Of a stretch of 64,000 bases of DNA, positions 54,036 through 64,000 are shown one piece after another. Position numbers and translations under genes: made by a program. Position 1 is the first letter of the stretch; the number at the start of each line of letters is the position of its first letter. The notes under the pieces were generated by a model. It saw nothing but the letters and a program-made list of their open reading frames with translations. It was not told where the DNA came from and did not search any database. Origin of the DNA: Octopus vulgaris (lineage: Eukaryota); NCBI GenBank assembly GCA_951406725.2, contig OX597825.1:19344001-19408000 (forward strand). Reading direction: 5' to 3'.

Positions 54036-55741
54036 TTTTTGACCAGCTGTTACGTAGTTACAAAGCAAACGCATTTATGGTTGAGGTCAGCGAGCTGTAA
54101 ATGCAAATATGTTCGGGCTTATTGTGATAGAAATTGTTTTGAGAACCGATCAGTAACATACGAGGAATAAGTACAAAAATAATATGTAATTTAAAGAAAG
54201 GTAAAGGTGCGCAACAACCAAAACACTCATTACAACCGCGGCTTAGACAAGAAAAAATAAAAGACAGAAAGGAATTAAAAAAAAATGGCAAATGTAGTAA
54301 CAATATCACCAAGGGAACCATACTTTTATACTTTTAAGAATTCGGTAAAAGTGCGTTGCATTTTATTTTCTATATATGATTTTTTATCATCATTATTTTT
54401 TCTACTACGTACAGAAATCTTCATATTATTTGCATAATATCGTGCAAATAGCCTTAGCAATTGGGAGATTATGTGTGTGAGTGTGAGTATGTTTCTGCGC
54501 ATGTATACTTGTAAATGGAGGGTGCATATATATGTGTGTGTGTGCATATCCGTACGTATACCTGAAAAAATGCATATATATGTATATATATATAAATGTG
54601 TGTTTATATATATATTATATATTATATGTATGCTTATATATGTTTATACATATATCCATGCATACATATACGCATACGTATAGTTTAACATATGCATACA
54701 TATTTATATACACACACACGCACACAGATATGGTTAATTCTGATTCCGATTCTATGTCCTTGTTGAGTGCTCGTCCTGTGTTTAAGAACTACTGAAGTGT
54801 ATATGTACGTATGTGTGTACGCGTGTGCTTGTGAGTGTGTTTGTGTCTTTGAGTGTTGGGCCTTATTTTTCATCGACACCAAGATAAAATATGGTTAATT
54901 GTTTCCTCCACGTTTTCATATTTTCTACGTTTACTAAATACGAGCTTAGTATTTTCCCATCCCATTTGTATTCTTCTTTTGTTTTTTCTTTTTTAATTTT
55001 CTGTTAAGAAACCTTTGAACATGTGCCGCAGTCAAAATTCCTTCACTCCCAGCATTTGAGACCAACGTTTATCTGCCTGTATTGCAATTTTCCCTTCGCG
55101 TATTTCAAGTCTATTTAGTATTGTCATATAATGGCCATTTATAGTGTTACTTGCTTTATCAAGGCATTCTGTAGCCACATCTGTAGCTTAGTTATTAGCT
55201 CTTATAAAAGCTATATTGTTGTTTATCCTTTCTCCTCCCTTCTGGTTGTCAATTCAGTTTCTGCTTTGTATTTGTTGGTTTCATGGAAGAAAGGAAGCCA
55301 TTTTGTTTTTGTCTTTAGTAGCAATTTCTATAAGCTTTTCATTATATTTTCCCAGATATATTTGAACCCCTACAGGGGATATATATTATACGAGAATGCT
55401 GGTTGCATTAAGCTTTATGCCCTTTATACTTACGCGATAAATATATGCTTTGTATGCCATTTCGACTGTTGTATGCTAAATTTATTATTATTCATTATAT
55501 TTCTTGCTTTTTGTTTTATATTCTAGACAATCCGACTCGTTTGGCTGCCAGTTGAGAATATTATGAGTATAAACTATGTCTGGAACAATTATGATATTGA
55601 TTACTATTAACTATTACTTGCATCTAGCTCTACTTACATAGTAACAAATTTCGTATATATAACCAATTCTTAACACATTCTATTCATCGTATAATCGGCT
55701 GCGCCCTGTGTACAAATTCGTGCCTAGTGACGAAATCTGAA

Positions 55742-55936
<195 letters not shown>

Positions 55937-56318
55937 AGTGGTGAGAGGGATGAAACGGTATGGCATATCGTTGGTAAATGCCCGAAATTGTCACAACGGG
56001 ATTACAAAAGACGACATGATAATGTGCCAAGAATGATTCCTTGAGGTCTTCGTAGAAATCATGGCCCTCAAAAGCAAAGATGTGGTAGGAGCAAACCGCA
56101 AAATGAGTCACATCGAATGAAGATTACAAATTTGTGTGGGTGCAATAATTCAGTGCGATCACTTGACCAGGCATCGGAAACTACCATTTTAGTGGTGAAT
56201 AAAAAAAGAACTTGCCTGGTTGCAACAGGATCCAAGAGAAGGAAGAAAAACTGAAAAACTACAACCATTTTGAAGTGGAAAATACGAAGGTTATGGTCAA
56301 TAGTAATTGGTGCGCAGC
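55937..56318 (+). mobile_element. R4/Dong-clade non-LTR retrotransposon fragment (zinc knuckle plus restriction-like endonuclease)
   Basis: GERDETVWHIVGKCPKLSQRDYKRRHDNV; downstream NEDYK, IQCDH..RHRK, RIQEKEE, LKWKIRRLW..IVIGA. Confidence 0.85.
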
Positions 56319-56319
56319 A

Positions 56320-56485
56320 AATTTCGGGGAAGGGTAAATCGATGAGATTGACCCCAGTATGGCTCGACTACTACTTATTTTATCGACCCCGAAAGGATGA
56401 AATGCAAAGTGAACGCCAGTGGAGTTTCAGCGTAAAGATGGACGAAATACCGCTAAATGTACTAACGATTCTGCCAGTTCGCCAA
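56320..56485 (-). mobile_element. Degenerate SINE family B copy
   Basis: gaccccagt..tacttattttatcgaccccgaaaggatgaaa..gacgaaataccgctaa..ctaacgattctgccagttcgcc. Confidence 0.75.
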
Positions 56486-56557
56486 TATCAACAACTATTA
56501 CAAGAAGAACAGCGACAATAAGAATAATAATAAAAAATAAAAAATAACAACAACAAC

Positions 56558-57049
<492 letters not shown>

Positions 57050-57246
57050 TGCTGTTCTTCTTGTATTTCTATTGTATCTTTGAAGTTAGGCATCAGGTTG
57101 TCTCACAGACATTTCTGAAAAATCGGTTAATTTATGGTAGATAATAATTGTCTAACATCAGTGTGCATTTTATTTCTTTTTTCTTTTTACCTAATTCAAG
57201 AGAAAGAACAAATTAATTATGGTTCTAGCTAGACTTTTATGTATTA

Positions 57247-57629
57247 CTAGCAGTATCGCCCGGCGTTGCTCAGGTTTGTAAGGGAAATAACTATAAAGCA
57301 TTTTTAGAGAGTTATAGCCAAAAAATAGCAAAAAAATGGAAAAAAAATGATGGTAAATTTTTTTTGAGAGTTAAAAAAGGTGGAGTTGCGTCCCCTAGAC
57401 GGTCTGTGGTTTGGGTTTCTGATTCTCGACCCCATGTCGAATTTATCGATTTTTTCAGAACTGGGGGAACTTTTCAAAATTTTCGCTGCGTTAGTTTTGA
57501 ATTATGACATTGGGCTATGTGTGTGTCAAGTTTCATCAGAATCGGTTGAAAGCCGTGGTCAGAGTGAGGGTACGAGAAAACAGACACACAGAAAACGCAC
57601 AGACAAACTGCCGTTTATATAGAGAGAGA
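57247..57629 (-). mobile_element. Non-autonomous Helitron
   Basis: Minus strand starts TC, ends CTAG, inserted between A and T; subterminal GC hairpin cccggcgttgctcagg; aagtttcatcagaatcggttg motif and acagac repeats as in Lep1-type Helitrons. Confidence 0.8.
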
Positions 57630-58103
57630 TTTCTACAATGCCTGTGACTGCATGTATGTGTCATTTGTGTTTTTCTATTCAAAATTGTAGGCAGATGTAA
57701 GTCATTGTATTACAACGTTCCAGAGAAAGCAACGCATGACAGGTAATTTTTATAGCTTATCATTCACAGTAAGAGAGATAAATTTTACAGTCTTCCAGGT
57801 TATGGCAAATTAAAACGAAATTGCGTTTCGCCTACAATACACAAATTGTCGTTAACAAGAAATCAACAACAAAGAGACATCTTCCATCAAAACTTATAAT
57901 TATCATAGCAGTGGGTCAGTACAATAGCAAGAGTTTCGGATGAGCTAATTCATCGTATTTCTTCCCTGGTGTATTTCTTTTAGAATTTCAAATACGACCG
58001 AGATCAATTTTAATTTTATGCTTCACAAAATAAAGGACCAATCGCATAATGAGGCCGATGCAATTAAAAAAAAAAATTGAAGCTAAAACAATATTATTAT
58101 TAT

Positions 58104-58361
58104 TTCTGTTGTGTCTGAGGAGAGTCATTTTCTTTTTGTGCATTATAATTTAACACACTCACCGGTTAAATTTGCACTTATTTCTTATTTTTATTTTCCT
58201 AAAATTTTCGTTGCGTCTTGAGAGTCAGACTATTGAAAAGGTTGCAAGACGCAACGAAAATTTTAGGAAAATAAAAATAAGAAATAAGTGGAAATTTTAC
58301 CGGTGAACGTGTTAAATTATAAGGCAAAAAAAGAAGATGACCCTCTCTAGACACAACAGAA
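58104..58361. repeat. 117-bp-arm foldback with a degenerate hammerhead-like motif at its centre
   Basis: Arms 58104-58220 and 58245-58361; cta ttgaaaa g gttgc aagac gcaac gaaa att t tag. Confidence 0.75.
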
Positions 58362-58449
58362 TATGCTTCAAAACACGAACTTATATAAAGAATCTTGCAA
58401 ACCAAATCCAAAAACGAAATTATTATTTCTATTTTATCACAAGTTTTGT

Positions 58450-59345
58450 AGGAACTCTTGGAGCCTTGCTTGCGTAGCAGGCTTACTACCTGCACCATGC
58501 TATCCGTTCTTTTCAGCTATCTCATATTTTCCTGATCGTGTTGCTACGTATTGGTTTTGGGCATGGGTAATAGTTTCATCCACTCTGCTATAGATGCAGT
58601 ACAACGGCGACACTTGCTCATTCCTAAAGGTGAACCTCCAGTTCGTGACCAAAGATTGGTCTTGCGTTCCAGTATAGTACTCTCGGTCTCCTTCTTTTGT
58701 GTTCCTTTCTTCATCCAATCCTATTTTTTCCAGTAACTTCTGTTGTGGCTACATGAAATTGATTATGTAGTCCCTGGTTGCGTAATTTTCTTAGTGTCCT
58801 TTTTGTATTTCTTCCTTCTTTTTACTTTTTCTCTTTGCTTTCAATACTCTTTGTTTTTACTTTTTTTCCTTACTTTCAATATTCCTTGTTTTTACCTTTT
58901 CTCTTTCCTTGCAATATTCTTTGTTTTTACTTTTCGTCTTTGCTTTCAATATTCCTTGTTTTTACGTTTTTTCTTTGCTTTCAATATACACCTCGCTCCT
59001 AACTGACATAAGTAAAGTTTCCCTACTTTGGGCTAGGTGTCTCATTAAGCTCTAGAGTTCGATATGTATAGCCTTCCACATTTAACAGTCCTTTTCCTCC
59101 ATTTGCTCTCATTATTTATAGATTATTAGTGTTACACTTGGATGATGGGCTCCATGCATCGTTAGGGGCCTTTTTTTTTACTTCTTGACCATCTCATTTA
59201 CCTCCTCTGTTCACTTCAGGATTCCAGCGCCATACAGAACTACTGCGACTAGGCGAAAATCTATTACCCAAAATTATGTATGTGGCGCTCAGCTTCGAAG
59301 CCAGTATTTTTCTTCCAAAATTGTAGATCTCGTGCCTAAAGTAGA
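58450..59345 (-). mobile_element. Second R4/Dong-clade fragment (post-RT region), decayed
   Basis: Minus-strand peptides KILASKL, VVLYGAGILK, TMHGAHHP, RANGGKGLLNVE, TQDQSLVTNW..SPLYC..DETITH; internal ~36-39-bp tandem repeat at 58815-58985. Confidence 0.8.
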
Positions 59346-59368
59346 AAGGATTATTATTTTTATTATTG

Positions 59369-59471
<103 letters not shown>

Positions 59472-61292
59472 CATTGTCGTCGTTGTAATGCCGGTGGTTG
59501 GTATAACGGTCGAATTAGGACACACGTGCAGGTGGACTTCGAAGTTTGATCACCAAAGACTGTATGCAATTATTACAAGCTCGTTTGTAGGTAGAGTTGT
59601 TTTATACACAGTCAACATCAGACCTGTCAAGTTCTGCCATCAGAAATTATTATTAATTTTAGTTTCACTTAAAATATTACTAATAATCATTATGAAATGC
59701 ATAAATGTTACAACCTCTAATTTCCTTTTCGTTGATGCAACATATGAGTAATGAATGAAATATTATATTTCTCATTAATATTAATGAGTTTTATTACTGA
59801 CCAGTCATTCATCAATATATTTTCTTATAGTATGAGATGATATTTTCCATGACTGTGTGATTATTTCTAATTATCTTCATTTCATTGGAGCTAATTGTTA
59901 ACGCTAGATATTTTTCGAGGATCTCAATGATTAGAAGTAATAAAGCATATGTGTATTGGTGTGTAACAGAGGCTATTATAGGTTTTATACTAAGATCAAA
60001 TGTCTTGAGGTAGAATTCGTAGAAACATCAGTCGTTAACTTAACATCATTCATCGTATAAGTGGAATGTGGTGCACAACCATCGTATGTCAAAATTAGCC
60101 ACAAGTCAATTCATTCTATAGTTACTCTCTATAAATTCCTTGATAATTGCATTTCTGCAAGATAACTGGCACATTCTTAATTTCTGTAAAGTATTGAATC
60201 CAAGTAATTGCAAACACGTCTTTACCTTTTACAGTGTTTTCAAATATATTAACCTCCAAATCACGTATGTGCCAAATTGAATACGTAAATACGGCAAATA
60301 CCTCCACTTCTCTCGCTAGGGAATTACATATCAAAGTAATTCTAGTGTATTAATGAAAGATAACGTTAAAATATCAATTGTTGTTTGCTAATGAATTCTT
60401 AAAGCTCCAATTAAGATATCCGAATTTTCCACACTCTAGATTTTCACGACACACACTCAGAATGTAGACCATAATCGATTATAATCACTAGACAGTCAAC
60501 CTGATCATGGATATTTTTCATAGATTATGTAATAGCAGATTATAAAATCCGTATATGTGGAGTAGAAGGTGGACGACTAGGGTGTATAATGATTATAGCT
60601 TCTGCAGAATCCAAAACTTCAAAGAGCTTTACATGCAGGGTGAGTTTTTGTTAGTTGATGTGAAAATAAATATTCCAGACGGCTCAATATCTAGTGACCG
60701 AGAAAGTGAAAATTTATTTAGTGTGTGATAAAATCCTAAATAATGTATAGTAAAAGAAATGTAAAATGCGTAAGACGAGACGCTGAAATACAGATGTAAA
60801 AGAAATAAACAGACATAACATTTTTATGGTTTGTAATAATATAAGTATGCAAAAATCTCCGTGGTGTTCAACAGAGATAAAGGAGTACATATGTTAATTG
60901 TATTTATTTACGTTGTCCAACAGATAGAGTGTAGTTAGTCAACTTTTCAGATATCCATCAAAAGAAATCATGGATAGACATTGAGTGAATCATAAAAATA
61001 TGTAATATATGTAGCAATGTTTCTGCTAGCGAGGCCCTATGAGCATGGAAATGTTAAATACATCAAATAATTATTATTTTCTTTTTCGCTGGTTTCTATC
61101 ATTAGCATAATGATCCTCCCGAGACAAAATATACATACATAGATACATAAATTCAAAGGTACATACCTGTACGCTATGAGCATAGTGTGCTTGCATACCC
61201 ATGCCCAGGGTTAAGCTAGGTAAATGATACCGGTATTAAGAACGGATATTCTTATCCCTTAGTAGGTTATTCCAACCGCTAACTCTGCTTAT

Positions 61293-61359
<67 letters not shown>

Positions 61360-61481
61360 ATATATAAATTAGAGAAGAACCACCATGAGGCAATTCAACA
61401 ATGATATACTTAAATCATACCATATAAAAAAAATTAAAGATGCTATAAAACATATACCTAAAACTAAATAAAGTATTAAAT

Positions 61482-61689
61482 AAAGAGATGCAGCACGGAT
61501 TTTTGTCAGTGAACAGGTCGCGGATTTTAGCGACGAAAATATTTTGACAAATTAAACTTAAATGTTGAAGTGAATCGAACGGCTTTTGTGTGTTTCTTAA
61601 ATGGCTTATAAACACCTTCCACGCTGCAATTGTTTCGTTTCAGCACACGATCTCAGATCAAATTACTTGCTATGCGAGTACATCTCCGT
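61482..61689. mobile_element. Small putative MITE (GAGATG-containing imperfect TIRs, AAAT flanks) nested in a P4 element
   Basis: aaat|aaagagatgc ... gtacatctccgt|aaat; GC-richer than host. Confidence 0.4.
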
Positions 61690-61730
61690 AAATAAAGTAG
61701 TAAAAAATAAATAGTATATAATTAGTAAAT

Positions 61731-61814
61731 AGACTGCATCTGTTTCCTGGCTATATTTTCAAAATGATAACAATAAAAATCAATTCAATTTAAATATAAT
61801 TACTCATCAGGTCC
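61731..61814 (-). ncRNA. Degenerate type-I hammerhead motif (family P4)
   Basis: Minus strand: ggac CTGATGA gtaattatattt ... aaatatagccag GAAA c agat g CA gtct; host element end at ~61366 abuts (TA)n. Confidence 0.5.
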
Positions 61815-62682
61815 AAGATAAAAACAATAAAATGATTAAATGAATGTACGTATATTATCTTCTAAGAAAAGGTAAATATATATCACAATACGCAAATTTA
61901 CAATAAAAAATCGAAGAAGATTCACCAATATATCTTAAAATAAAACATGACTTATCTTATTGAATATATTCTGTTAACTAAATATTTAACTTGATACGTA
62001 GGACTAAGTGATTATAATCAATTTATCTCGTTAAAAACGAGGTGTAAATAAAAATAGAACAAATAGATAGAAATATTTATTTTATCTATGAAAATATATA
62101 TTAGCTTATAGAAGAAAATAACAAACTAAGCATATCATTACTGGAAAATTAAAGTACAAGTAATTAATACAAAATATTTAAAATACACAATATACATTAA
62201 GTGAAGCTAATTTACTATAATTTAATCTATATCCGTTAAAACATTTATTTATATATTTATATTATAATAAGAGATAATAAACATCTAAGTTTAATCTAAT
62301 TCAAATTATGTAATAAATACTAAAAAACTTCATACTAACATATATACATAATACTACTACAAACTATAACTACAAGAATTAAAAATAGAAAAACGGTTCG
62401 AATATATACACACAAATTAGTTAAACTAATTATATAATTAATTCAATTTATGTATAGATTTATTATTTCACTAATTTATAGAATTAACCTGTTTCTATTA
62501 TTATTAAAGTATTTACTTAAATGCAATATTGCATAACAAATAAAAACATTACTACCTATTTGATAACATTTTGGCTTACAAATTTATTTCTCAAAGGCAC
62601 TAGGCCCGAACCCATGTGCTTACAAAGAGAGCTCCATATCCACCAGGTGGCTACTCAGGTGCCATGCATTCATGACCAATGC

Positions 62683-62857
62683 AAATTACTGGTGTTACTT
62701 TCATAGTATTAATGCTACATGGTCTCAGCTAAACAACAAAGCAGTGTCAAACATAAGCTATCTTAGATTTGTCTTACTCTACCTTAAATAACTGGTGTGA
62801 TGGCTGTCTCCTACGCTGACACGATTTCTGACATCATATGGAGATGGGTCGAACTGT

Positions 62858-62892
<35 letters not shown>

Positions 62893-63334
62893 AAAGAGTG
62901 AAAAAACTACAGAAGGCTTGTCTTATAAAGTTAAAGTATATATTCAAGTCGTTCTGTTATAAAAATGTTATAAAATTTTGTGTATAGTAACATAGTGTTT
63001 GGAGAAATAACCGGTTTTGTATTTTCTTTTCAAATTTCTCAAATTTATTTACCTACATCGTGTTATGTCTATGTTGTGAAATATGGGGTTCCAGGCAGGG
63101 GAAGGTAATCAGGGATTTCTTATATATAATCAGGGATTTTTTATATATATATTATGTAAATCAGTTCGACTCATCTCCACATGATGTAAGGAATCGTATT
63201 AGCATAAGAGACATCCATCACACCAGTTATTTGGGGAAGAGTAAGACAAATTAAGACAGCTTGTGTATGCTACTGCTTTGTTGGTTAGCTGAGACCATGT
63301 AGCATTAATGCTATGAAATGAACACCAGCAATTT
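62683..63334. repeat. ~175-bp inverted repeat pair
   Basis: Arms 62683-62856 and 63162-63334 (taatgctacatggtctcagctaa / ttagctgagaccatgtagcatta). Confidence 0.85.
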
Positions 63335-63839
63335 TTTTCTAATTTGAAGTCCACATATTAATAGAGGATGTTGACAGGATGCTCGCACTAGCTTGAAGAG
63401 TCGTTACATTTTACTCGCTTCAGCGACATTTTGTACCGCATAGGGTTTCGTGGGATATTTGCACGAATCGGTAGCGCAGTGGCTATTCAGAGGAATTAAA
63501 TATTAATGGTAGAAGATTGTACGTCGTGATAACCAAATTTGATGGTGTTTAGCTACACATGTGGCTTATAGTGTATACTGGTGGAAGAGATTAAATAGCA
63601 TGCCCTTGCTCAAAACTCACCTAATGTAGTGAATTTCCACTTCCCTTAAGCGGTATTGGTTGATTCGGGGCTACTGTAGAAGATACGTGCCCAAAATGCT
63701 CTGTAATGGCGCTAGGCCCGAACACATGCGCTTACAAAGAGAGCATCATAACCACCGAATGGCTACTCAAAGATTCATTCAGGTGCCATGCATTCATGAA
63801 CGATGCAAATATTGGTTTCAAATTCTGGCACAAGGCCAT

Positions 63840-64000
63840 TAACTTCGGGTAACGGAAAAATCGATTACATCAACCCCAGTACTCAACTGGTACTTATTTT
63901 TTCGATCTCGAAAAGATGAATGGCAAAGTCTACTTCAGTGACATTTCAACTCAGACCGTAAGGACGGACGGAATACAGCCAAGCATATAGCACAGCGTGC
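63840..64000 (-). mobile_element. Degenerate SINE family B copy (runs off window)
   Basis: tcgattacatcaaccccagtactcaactggtacttatttt..aagatgaatggcaaagtc. Confidence 0.7.

Noticed and set aside
63030-63100. CCEIWG resembling the LINE YGCEIWG motif
   Set aside because: Too short and degraded to call.

Overview
Very AT-rich, microsatellite-laden eukaryotic DNA with no credible host protein-coding exon. Nearly all listed ORFs are translations of (TA)n, (CATA)n or (AAT)n tracts. The SINE families look like those I recall from Octopus (coleoid cephalopod) genomes; this is an inference, not a search result. The window is a transposon graveyard: several tRNA-derived SINE families, decayed mariner and maT-like (DD37D-type) transposases, RTE, CR1 and R4/Dong LINE fragments, a non-autonomous Helitron, and MITEs (one with an 8-bp TSD, a relative carrying TTAGGG-like repeats between inverted arms). 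The main unexplained signal is about a dozen minimal type-I hammerhead-ribozyme-like motifs (CUGANGA-stem II-GAAA-palindromic stem III-UH, closed by stem I). They fall into several sequence families and sit in 150-500 bp non-coding elements mostly next to (TA)n, some as inverted pairs, which is the layout of Penelope-like terminal repeats or retrozymes. Two isolated pre-miRNA-sized hairpins and several foldback duplications are also present. All coordinates and pairings were read by eye.
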